From positions 199,532 to 263,531 of the forward strand of contig JAAOMT010000591.1 of the NCBI GenBank assembly GCA_016748015.1: a stretch of DNA of 64,000 nt, written 5' to 3'. Numbering within the stretch: the stretch's first letter is position 1; every line of letters begins with the position of its first letter. This document shows positions 37,479 to 48,867 of the stretch, one piece after another. This stretch comes from Geosiphon pyriformis uo1. Its lineage: Eukaryota > Fungi > Glomeromycota. The notes beneath the pieces are model-generated. The model searched no databases, had not been told where the DNA came from, and was given only the letters and a program-made list of their open reading frames with translations. The position numbers and the translations under genes were made by a program.

Positions 37479-39853
37479 AGTTTTAAATTTTTTTATAATA
37501 TTATTTATAAAATATAACAGAAAAAAAATATAATATAATATATAAAATAATTAGCCAATAATATAGTATAAATTAATTAAACAAATGATATTAAAAATTT
37601 TAAAAATGCCAAAATTCTAAAAATAATTTAAAAAAAATACAATAATTATTAAAAATTATAAAAATTTTATATTATAAAAATTTATGTATATATAAAAATA
37701 ATAATAAAAGTTTAAGTTTAAGTTTAATTTAACTTTTATAAAAGTAACTTTAATAATTAAAAATCTAATACTTAAAGTAAAATAATTATTTAAATTATTT
37801 AATATCTAATTTTTATAAATATATTTTTATCTTTTTGAAATTTACTTATTTTTAAATTAATGTTAATAATATTTATATAATATTATTAACAATATTAAAA
37901 TAATAGTTTTTAATTATAATTATTAATAAAATACAAATTTATATTCTTATTTTTTTATTAATTAAAAAAAAACATTAAAATTATAATATTAAAAATTATC
38001 TAATAAAAAATACAAAAATAAATGTAAAATTAATTAATTAAATTATTTATCAAAAAAATAAAAAACACTTAAGTAAACTAGTTATTATATTAATAAATTT
38101 AAACATTAACAATATTTAAGCATTAATATACATATTAATATATTATTATAGAGATGTTTTTTTAATAAAGATTGTATTATAATTAATTTCTAATACAGTT
38201 TTAGATCAAATAATAATACTGAAAATTATTTAATTGTGGTATGTAGATAAGTATATTAGTTTTAATAAATGCTGTTCTTAATTTATACTAGATTTTTATT
38301 TAATAGATTATTATTATTTTTTCTTATTTAAGAATTTGAAAGTTAGCTTAATAAGTTTTTTCTAATTTTTAGCAAATATAAAATAATTTTTTCTAATAAG
38401 TGCTTTTTTTATTTGATTTAATATATAGAGTAATATTCTTATCAAAATCATGATAAATAGCTATTATTACAATAGTTCTTTAAAGAAAAGTTCTATATTT
38501 TTGTTTGTGTCTTTTCTTAAAACTTTTGTGAAGATACTTTTTTTATCTTGCATTAATATTAGATATCTGTATTTTTTTACTTATAGTAAAGCAGTATCTT
38601 ATTTCTAATAAATTTAAAAAAGATTAAAAAAATTAAAATTTAACAAAATTAGTATTCGAAAATAATTTTAATCAGATATTATTTTTTCAAAACATAAAAA
38701 AACTATTTTGGATTTTTAAGTTAATTGTTAATTTTGGTCAAGATATTATTATAAGTAAATTTTATGTGATTATATGTAATTAATATTTTTTAATGTGTTT
38801 TTAATTTTATTAAGCTTGAGTTTTATCTGTGTTTTATTATTGTGTCAGATATTTTTACTATTGTTTTTACCAATAAAAAGTAATAATTAAAAAATATTAA
38901 TATCTTTTTGGACCATTATTAAAACCCAGATTTATAAAAAGAGAAGGTTTTTAATTTATTAATTTTATTATTAATAAGTTTTATAATACAAAGCTAAAAA
39001 GACACACTTTTCAGCTTTTTTTGAAATTATAATTTAATTTCTTCTTTTTTTTTTATTTTATCTAATTAACTTTTTGTTAGTCTGTTTTTTTTTTAGTTTA
39101 AAAATTTATTGTATATATACATATATAAAGTTATATATAATTATGTTTATTCTAATTAATTAGTGAATAATTATTAAGCTATTGGGCTTTCTGTTTAGTT
39201 GTGAATGTTTTTTGACTTATTTGTTTATAATTTTATTAAATTATATGTATTTTGTACATATTTTATATACTATTATATACACATTATGTTTTTTAATTTT
39301 ATTTATTGCTTTGTACTATTTATATTGTTATTTAATAATTAATTAATATTTTATAATTCAAAATATTAAAATAAACAATTATATTACTAATTATTAAATT
39401 AAAATTTAAAAATTTTTAATATAAATTACCAATTTTATTAATATTTAAAATAAAAAATTTTAAAACAACATAAACATTTAATATAATATTTTGAATTGGT
39501 TTTCTTGGTATATTAAATATTAATATATTATTTAATTACAATTAGTTTTTTGTAAGTTTCTTAATTTTATTTGTGTAATAATATTAATATACTAAAAACT
39601 TTTTTTTAATGTTGTAATATAAGTTATTTTTTAATTCTTAATTATTATATATGTTTATATAGTTTTTTTTAAAAATTAAACTAAAATTTACCTATTGTTT
39701 TGGGTTTTTTTTGAGCCTATTTTTATAATTGTTTAATGTGTTTTTTTAATTTAAAAACATAAAATATTAATAACTTTTAATATTTCTTAATTTTTATAAT
39801 AAAGTTTTTATTAATTAGTAACAATATGAATAATTTTAATTAAAAATTATTTT
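36200..39853. repeat. Extremely AT-rich, terminally decayed TE relics (probable family-A LTR ghost ~37500-38140; family-C LTR piece ~39480-39853)
   Basis: Residual ATTAGCCAAT (37550), TATA and LTR core pattern; 39530-39853 aligns to 28965-29300 and 31905-32240. Confidence 0.6.
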
Positions 39854-39984
39854 TTCAAATTATAGGAGATAATTTGAAGATAAATTCAGTTATTGGAGGT
39901 TCAACTACTTCTAGAAAACGTAAATTTGCAACCAACAGGCAGTTACAACATTCAAGAAAAGAGACCAAAAACCTCCGGTAACAT

Positions 39985-42900
39985 TTGGTGCTCTCCCATG
40001 GAAATAACACAGCAACAACAAAATTCAAAGTGGTGACCACACCAGATGCAACAATTTTAGAGTATTACCAATCAATTTACACACACTGCAAGCAAAGATT
40101 CAACATTCCAAACAGAATTGAAGTTGTCAAGAAATCAGTATACCAATACATTAAAAACTGCATCAACAATTATCTTTTTGGAAATTACAATATCTCAGAA
40201 GTTAGAAACAACCTTTACAATAATTTAGCACACTATTCATGGTTGGAAACTGAAGACCTTAACAGCGAAACACTTGCCACTTACTTTCATAAACTTAATT
40301 TTAACATTATTAAATACTGTGAAAAAACATATCCAGTGCAGTCTCAATACTCTATTGATTTTGAATTGGAAACAGAAACAAGCAACAAAGGCAAAAACAA
40401 ATTGAAGCAATACTCAAAAACCACCCCAAATACTCCAACACTACCAAAAACAACTGCCAACTATTTACAAACACCTGAACAAGGAACCAGTTCAAAACTT
40501 CTACTTACTATCACACCTTTTCCAGCTTTACTTGTACAAACACAAATGCCTAATTCACCCTTGAATCAATTTGCAAGACCAGAAGATTTTACATCACTCA
40601 GAAGTCCCATCAGACAACAAGAACTTTTTCAAACTAGTTCCAATCTCCTTGACTTTCTAGCTGAAAATCAAAGTAAACACTCTGAGACAGCAGCAAATGA
40701 AGAAAATGAACCTGAAATATCTAAAGAAGAATCAATAGACAGTGAAAATAAAGAAGACGAAATGACAACATACATCACAAAAATTCTTGAATTTAATGGA
40801 GAAAACATTGAGACCAGTCCCCAAGAATGGCTCGACCAAGTTACTAAAGCTGGAGATGCAAATGGATGGAATGCTGCCAGAATGTTAAGAACAATTCCTT
40901 ACTTTCTCAAAGGAACAGCAGAAGAATGGTTTGAAAACTTGGCCACCCCATTCAATAATTGGAATGCTTTCAAAACAGCCTTCCTTAAACAGTTCACTGA
41001 CAATAATACCTCCATCACCTTTCACAATCATTTTCAAAATATCAAACAAGAACCCTCTGAATCTGTTATAACTTATATTGAGAAATTCAACAAAATTCTC
41101 AAACAAATTTGCCAACTCGAAACAAACAATTATTATTCCGATGCTCAAATCTTGGATCAATTTATCGCTGGTCTAAAAGATAAACTAATTAAAAAAGTTC
41201 ACCCACATGTGCCAGAAGATTTAAACTCTGCCATACAGTATGTGAAAAGATACAAAATGGCCATGGAAGAGGCCAATTGCACAAAACTTGTAAATTTGGC
41301 AATTGGAGAAACCAGTTTAGCAGCTGAGAAAAAAATTGACCAACTCATAAAGAAGGTTGAAAACTATTTCACCAATTAACAACAACAGCAACTCCAAAGA
41401 TATCAACCACCCCAAAGACGAAATCAAAATAACTTTGCACCACTTTCTAATAACCAGTCTTAGAATTGTCATTACTGTGGAATTTTTGGCCACTGGAAAA
41501 GAGATTGCAGAAAGCTACAACGAGACCAACAAAATAGGAGTAATCAACATTACCCTTTACCACAGTAATCTTATTATTAACTACCACCACCAGCTTACTA
41601 TCCACCAAGACCCCAATACCAAAATAACTATTATCAGCCTGCCCCACAGCCAATCCAACAGCAATACCAACAACCACCCACACAACATTATCAAGTACTT
41701 GCTCGAAGACTGATTACACAAAATCAATTCACACCACAAAACCAATACTAAGTAAACAACAATAAAATCAGTTTAAACAACCAATTGGTTCCCCGAAATT
41801 CCACTCAACTAAGACCCAACCACTACCACACTCAACCCAGTTATTTAACAATGCCAAAAGAACAGGATTTTCACTATACTGCACCCTTAGAAGATAGAGC
41901 TGTAACACAACAACAAAACTCTTTCTATACTCTCACTACAATCCCACCAGCCAGAATCACTGAAAATGCTAACCTTTCAGATATATTTTCTTTTGAGTTC
42001 AAAGCAAATAAGTCATCATTTCTGTTTAGCAATGGAACCGCCAATGAACAAAAAGCAATTACGGCTATGTACACTGAAGCAGAAGTCGAAGGAAAGATAA
42101 TTCACTTGATCCTAGACAGTGGATTTGCCGGAAGCATTATTACCTACTAGTTAATGCAACAGTTGAAGAAAAATGTCGACCGACCAGCTCAAACAGTAAT
42201 CGTCACTACTGATGGCATAAAAAAGACCCCAGTAGGAGAAATTGACAATTTTCTGTTCACTCTTGATGGAATCACCATTCCAGTCAAAGTTCTTGTAATA
42301 GATGCACCCCAGTACCAAGCTCTCATTGGAAATGATTGGCTTCAAAAAGCCAATGCTAATCTGAATTGGGAAACACAAGAGTTAACAATCTCCTACCAAG
42401 GACAACATGCCCAGATACCTGTCATTTGTGGTACATTCAACAAATGTTCTGAAAAAGCCCTGGCTTTTGAATTCGAACCGAAAGAAGAAAAACCTCTCAT
42501 TGAAACATTCATGGCTCTTAGATCAACGTCCAACTGGGCCAATAAAACAGAACAAGAACATTTTACCTCACACTCTGAACCCAAAACCTCTGGATGGAAT
42601 ATCCCTTACTTAAAACCCGAACCAAGGAAACAATGCCCCTATATTCTTCTTAAATGTAAGGACTGCCACAAAAAACTATCATCAATGGGAGCCTGCATTT
42701 CACCTGAAGAAGAATATGAGAATCATACTTGTTATTACTGCAAGACTTGCTACAGAGAATGATGGGGCCATCTAATAAAAAGAAGCGGAAAATGGGATAA
42801 CACCCCTTGTTTGACTTGTGGAAATATGCTACTGGAAGAATGTAATTGGATTAATGTAGCTATGAAAGGAGGAGTCTGTGATCAGACCTGCCAATATGCT

Positions 42901-45648
42901 TTATCAATTTCAGAAAAAGTAAAAAGAGAAACACCCTTTAATGCAGCATACAACAGTGCTCTCAACAAACTTTATCACTACCTCCATGATGTCGAGATGA
43001 TTTTCAACCTAGCAATGGCATTAATTAATGGAGCTACCAAAGAAAATGTTTGTCAAATGAAGGAAGCAGAATACATTGAATACATTATAGAATTAGCTGG
43101 ATTTGATTATGAAGACGAAGTAGAAGTTTACCACCAAATTGCAATTCACACCTACCCAATCCAAGAAGCTCAAATTTAACAATTAGAGCAAATAAACATT
43201 AGGCTATGTGAAGAATGCATTATGTCTTGTGATGAACAGTGGTGTCCTGAATGCTACACTCTTAGTATCCCCTTGCCCAGCAAAAATGATGAGAACAAAA
43301 TTGAATTTGGAGAACTTGAAGCAACAAAAAAAATTGAAACAACACCCATCTACCTTATCAAAAATCAGCCTGCCTTACAACTTAAATACTTCAACAACAA
43401 CAGACAAGGAATAAAATCCGAAAAAGCACATGAAATTGATGCTGGATATGACCTAAAATATTCAGGCAAGGATACTCTTGTTCTCAAACCCAAATCTCTC
43501 ACAAAAATCAACCTCAAAATTGCACTCAAAATCCTGCCAGGAGCAATAGTTCAAATCACCTCCCAGTCCTCTCTGGTAAGCAAAAGAATTAATGTCAGAG
43601 GAGGAATAATTGATGCTGGATATACTGGAGACATTACAGTGATGCTTCAAAATGAAACTGACAAACCATTCAAGATTGAACATGCTGAAAAAATTGCCCA
43701 AGCTATTTACCTACCCCTAATCAACATTTCGGGTTTGCAACTAATCAATAAAAAAAAACAATTAGGAAAAAGTAATAGAGGAACCCAAGGTTTTGGTTTA
43801 ACTGGACGATTCACAGTTCCAGTTAATATAGCTCTTAATACACAGAACAAATCCCACCAGATTCTCAGACTTCCATAACCAATTACCATCTTACCCTTTG
43901 AAGAACATTTGGAAATCTACATCTGCCCAAAGCCAACAATCACACAACAAATTTTTGAGTCCAATGAACAAGTCTGCTTGGAACATAATATTTCAATCCC
44001 AAACATTTATATTCCAGAAGGAACAAAGAAAGTCCGAGTTACTTTTTACAACTCCAATAATTACCCCATAATTTTATTAAATAATTTAGAAATTGGAGTT
44101 ATTCACAGTAATATATTTCAACAAAAATTACCCCAAACAGTTCCCAATTTCTCTGAAATTATTGGACATTCACTACCAAAAATCAACCCAAACCCCAGCT
44201 CCGAAAACTACCATGTTGTCATAAAAAAACTATCTCGAATCAACATGGGACAACTTGAATTACAACAACAGACTCAGCTCAAAGAGCTAATTGCAGAATT
44301 TGCTGATATCTTTGCTAAAAACAACAATGACTTAGGAAGAACCAATTTGGTCTAATACCAAATTTATACAGGAGATGCCAAACCAAAAAGACAACAAGCA
44401 TATTGAGTTGCTCCAGAAAGCCACCAATTCATCTGAGAAGAAGTACAACAAATGCTTAACAATGAGTTCATCCAATCCTCCATGAGTCTTTGGGCTTCAT
44501 CTGTAGTGCTAGTTAAAAAGAAAAATGGAAAGATCTAATTTTGTGTTGACTATCAACAACTCAACAGTGTTACAATTGAAGATGCCTACTCCTTTCCCCA
44601 GATTGATGACATGTTAGATGCCCTTGGGAAATCCAAATACTTTTCAACACTAGATTTAAAAAGCAGTTACTGGCAAATTGCTATGGATCCCAAAGATTGC
44701 CCCAAAACAGTATTCATCACCTAAGACAGAAATTACGAGTTCAATGTAATGTCTTTTGGATTATGCAATGCACCAGCAATATTTCAGAGATTAATGGATG
44801 TTGTGTACCAAGGACTTCTTTGGAAATCAGTAGTCGTTTATCTTGACAATACTAATGTTTATTCTCCATCATTCGAATTACACTTAAAACACCTGCGAGA
44901 AGTTTTTCAATGATTATGAAAAGCAGGACTAAAACTCAACATCGAAAAATGCTATTTTGGAAAAACAAGCTTGGCTTTTCTTGGGCATATTGTTAGTAAA
45001 GATGGAATCAAACCAGACCCTGGAAAAATCAGTGTTGTCAAAAACTTCAAAACTTCTCGAAACACTACAGAACTAAGAGGATTCATAGGATTAGCATCTT
45101 ACTATCGGAAGTTTATTAAAAGATTCTCGAAAATTGCAAAACCCCTCAACCAGCTCACCACCAAAAACGTTGAATACAAATGGACTACCAAACACCAAAA
45201 AGCTTTTGAAATTCTCAAAGAAAAACTAACAACAGCTCCAATCCTCACCTACCCGGATTTCAGCAACCGATTCCAATTAGCAACAGATGCCTCTTATACT
45301 GCCTTTGGTGCTATCCTATCACAATTGAATGACAATAGAAATGAGCGAGTAATTGCCTATGCCAGCAGAACATTAAAACCAGCTGAAAAGAATTATTCTG
45401 CCACAGAACTAGAAACAGCAGCCATAATTTGGGCCCTACATTACTTCAACCTTTATCTTAGGCCTAAAGAATTCAATATTATTACTGATAATATTGGACT
45501 CAAATGGCTTCAGAACAAAAATACTCAGCTGAATGCAAAACAAATCTGATGGACAGGATTTCTAGCAAACTATCAATACATAGTACATCACAAACCAGGA
45601 AAACTCCACACCAATGTTGACTGTCTCTCCAGAATGAAACAAGATTAG
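39985..45648 (+). pseudogene. E5 ORF1: gag-CCHC-protease-Cys-rich domain-dUTPase-RT-RNase H in one frame
   Basis: ORF pieces starting 39985, 41785, 42154, 42811, 43222, 43909 and 44971 share one frame; CHYCGIFGHWKRDC, LILDSG, VVVYLDN, LATDAS; true start codon not identified. Confidence 0.93.
43425..43806 (+). pseudogene. dut: dUTPase domain within E5 ORF1
   Basis: DAGYDL, SQSSL (from SRSSL), GGIIDAGYTGDI, KIAQAI, RGTQGFGLTG. Confidence 0.95.
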
Positions 45649-45699
45649 AAAACACAAAAACCAACACTCAACTTAACCAACCAAAAGAGCCAACAAACA

Positions 45700-47084
45700 A
45701 TGAATTCAAAAAACTACAACAATCTCAAGCAATATTTAGAAACATTAACAATCTCAACAGATTGGTCTTCAGATAAAAAACATCAACTACAACAACAAAC
45801 CAAACAATATTTTCTACACAACAACATTATTTATCATCGAAATTTCAAAAACCCAAACAAACCACTCAGATTAATACAAGAACAGGAAAAAGAGACCATA
45901 TTATACAACATGCACTCAGATTCTTTATCAGCACACTTCAGAAAAGATGGCACCACCCAAAGAATACTAGAATACTACTTTTGGCCTTGAATGAGAAAAG
46001 ACATTCACAAATATGTCAAATCTTGTGATAGTTGTCAAAGAAGAGGAGGAATACGCCCTACTGAACCATTAAATCCAATCAAAGTTGGACAACCCTTTAA
46101 CTGAGTTGGTATCGATTTAGTTGGACCACTATCTATTACCACTCAAGGAAACTGTTATATTGCAGTAGCTGTAGACTATCTTACTAAATGGCCCGAAGCC
46201 AGAGCCATTCAACGAGCAGATGCAAAATCAGTAGTAAATTTCATCTACGAAGACATTATTTGTAGACATGAATGTCTAATTGAACTTTTATCTGATCAGG
46301 GGAACACTTTGTGAACAATCTGATACAAAAAATTTGCGAATGATTCAATGTTAAAAGACCTCTGTCTTTGCCCTACCATCTACAAACAAATGGACTTGTG
46401 GAACGTTTTAACAGAACATTGTGTGAGTTATTAGCCAAAGTCTCAACTGATTTTGAGCAAGAGTGGGATATCTTTATTCCATTAGTGTTGCTAGCATACA
46501 GAACACTAAAACAAGATACTACAAAACACACACCATTTGATTTAACTTACGGAAAGACAGCAACATTACCAATTAGTTTCACAGTAGAAACATACCCAGC
46601 ACAACCAATCGATGAAAACAATTTCTAAAAAACACTTCAGCGAAGAGCCTACACTCTGCTTAGCACATTGGAAAGAAAACGATGAATAGCAGCCACCCAT
46701 ATTGAACACTCCCAAGCTCGACAAAAAGAACAGCATGATGACAAATTGCCTCCAGTCACCAATAAATTTAAAATTGGAAACAAAGTTCTCTTACACAGAA
46801 CTAAAGCTGAAAAACAATGGAGTGGAAAATTTGAAAATAAATGGGATGAACCATTCTTTATCCATGAAGTTCTAGGCAACAGATCATACAAGCTAAGACT
46901 TGATAACAAAATTCTAGCAAAAGTTGCACATGGAGATTGTTTGAAACACTATCATTCCAAAAACAATTCTGAACCATTAATTCCACAAATTAGTACACAT
47001 TCCCCTTTAGTCAATCCCAAAGATATTCTCTGAAACTTAGAACCAATAGTTGTCATTGAACAACCTTTCAATCTGAACACTTAA
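45700..47084 (+). pseudogene. E5 integrase ORF (MNSKNY...), one frameshift near 46300
   Basis: MHSD..AHF..CDSC, GIDLVGPL, SDQG, QTNGLVERFN, KWDEPF..LGNRSYKL. Confidence 0.92.
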
Positions 47085-47201
47085 TTTAATTTTACTAGTT
47101 ATTCCCTTATAATTTAGAAACAATCTCACAAAAACAAAGCAAAAATAACATAAAAACCCATACACCAAAAATAATTTTCTTTTATTTTCAAATCTCTTAT
47201 A

Positions 47202-47921
47202 ATGACTATTCCTCAAAACATTTAACAATTATCCCAAAAATTAATGTTAGCTTTAAAAACAATATTCGAATTATCCATTACTGTTACTGGAAACCACATT
47301 AATTATACCTAAACAGAAGTAGTTACAAATTTAGCCCCAAATTCATGAAAATATCACCCATATAAGAAGAACACAAAAAGTTATTCTGGAATTCACCTGC
47401 CAGAACTTTTAAAGCTTGCTTTAAGAGAAAATTTAATGCTCACTCCAATTAGTATTCTACCAAATGCTACAATTCAACAAAGACTTCAACTGTGTTTCAA
47501 TGAAGAAAACACTGAATATCCTCCAATCTATAGATATTTCCACATTGGAAAAACACTCTACAAATAAAAACTGGAACTTACAACAGCAAACCTCACAAAA
47601 GAAGCTATTCAGAAACAACTCCACAATGAATTCAAGACAACAGCTGGACCAACAAACAGTTGCTACAAGCTCAGAGCTGCTTTTAGACTTTATAACCTAT
47701 TCCACACCTGTGAAAATGTCCTACAAAACCCAATTTTACGACCTTTGAAGATTCAATACATTGAAAAGTTCACAGAACTGAAATTTCAACAATTTTCAGA
47801 CCAAATTTCTTCAATAATTGTGGATTACTATCTGGAAATTACAGACAGTACTTGGACTTTGATGGAGCTCAGTTTTGAGGAGAAGGTTATGTTACCAGAC
47901 AAAATTAGAGATATTATTTAG
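47202..47921 (+). pseudogene. E5 ORF3, divergent homologue of the family-A ORF3
   Basis: MTIPQNI.QLSQKLM ... YRYFHIGKTL ... AAFRLYNLF ... KFTELKFQQFSDQI aligns by eye with family-A ORF3; C-terminal frame uncertain. Confidence 0.7.
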
Positions 47922-48867
47922 CATGAAATTATCTTATAAATCTTATCATTAATTAGCATATATTATCATTTCAAATTATCACTTATTACATTAGCAAAAT
48001 GTCCGAAATTATCATTTAATTAATAACCCAATTTGTACACAACACAAATGTAACCTAATTGCAATGATCAAATCATGCAATACTCCAAACTATGTAACAT
48101 TCAAAAGTTCGCCGAAATTTGTAGAAATTCACCGAAATAATTGATAGTTCACCGAAATATCTAATAGTTCGCTGAAATAACTTGTAGTTCGCTGAAATGT
48201 ATCTTTAGTTCAGCGAAATTGTAGAAAATAGCAAAGTTCAAGTTCATAGAATAGTATTATGACAAGTTGTATAAAAGAAGAGCATCTCTCTTCAAGAAAA
48301 TGTATCTTACTTTAGATTTATCACTTAGAATCATTCTTACACCCACACAAAAAGAAATAAATATCAAATAATTCGAAAAACCAAATTCTTTAATTATTGT
48401 ACTTGGAAAATCCTCAAAAACCCAACTAATATTTTGAAATTGATTAGCTACCAATTTCAGTAAACTGTTAGTGACTCCAGGTCTAGATAGAAAACGTTTC
48501 TCTTAACAAAATTCTATTTCTTTTACATTTCTTTTATTTTTTTCTTTTCTTATTACAATCATTAGGGTAGTCTACAGACAAGATTCTTGTAGAAGAGTTG
48601 ACTTTCACAACAAAATAACTATACATTTTAGTGAGCTTCCAGACAAACAATTCCTGGGAAAGAGTTGATGTTTACTACAACGTAACTACATAAAGTAACT
48701 GGCGAAGAATTGGCCATTCCACTTATAAGCCCAGCAGTTCAAATTATAGGAGATAATTTGAAGATAAATTCAGTTATTAGAGGTTCAACTACTTTTAGAA
48801 AACATGAATTTGCAACCAACAGACAGTTACAACATTCAAAAAAAGAGACCAAAAACCTCCAGTAACA
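47890..48867 (+). repeat. E5 3' LTR (family B, ~978 bp)
   Basis: TGTTAC...GTAACA; follows the PPT; 20-bp tandem array 48104-48220; TATAAAA ~48270. Confidence 0.93.

Larger units (their letters stand above)
39854..48867 (+). mobile_element. Ty3/Gypsy LTR retrotransposon E5 (family B, non-homologous LTR); 5' LTR truncated to ~130 bp; inserted in LINE L-2
   Basis: 39854-39983 matches 48738-48867; PBS TTTGGTGCTCTC at 39984; PPT GAGGAGAAGG ~47877; all retroelement domains present. Confidence 0.96.

Noticed and set aside
46860-47084. Chromodomain at the integrase C-terminus
   Set aside because: No aromatic-cage or Y.VKW.G pattern; only the GPY/F-type module and a short tail are present
48104-48220. 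CRISPR-like repeat-spacer array
   Set aside because: Units are only 20 bp with ~8-nt spacers, lie inside a eukaryotic LTR U3, and no cas genes are present
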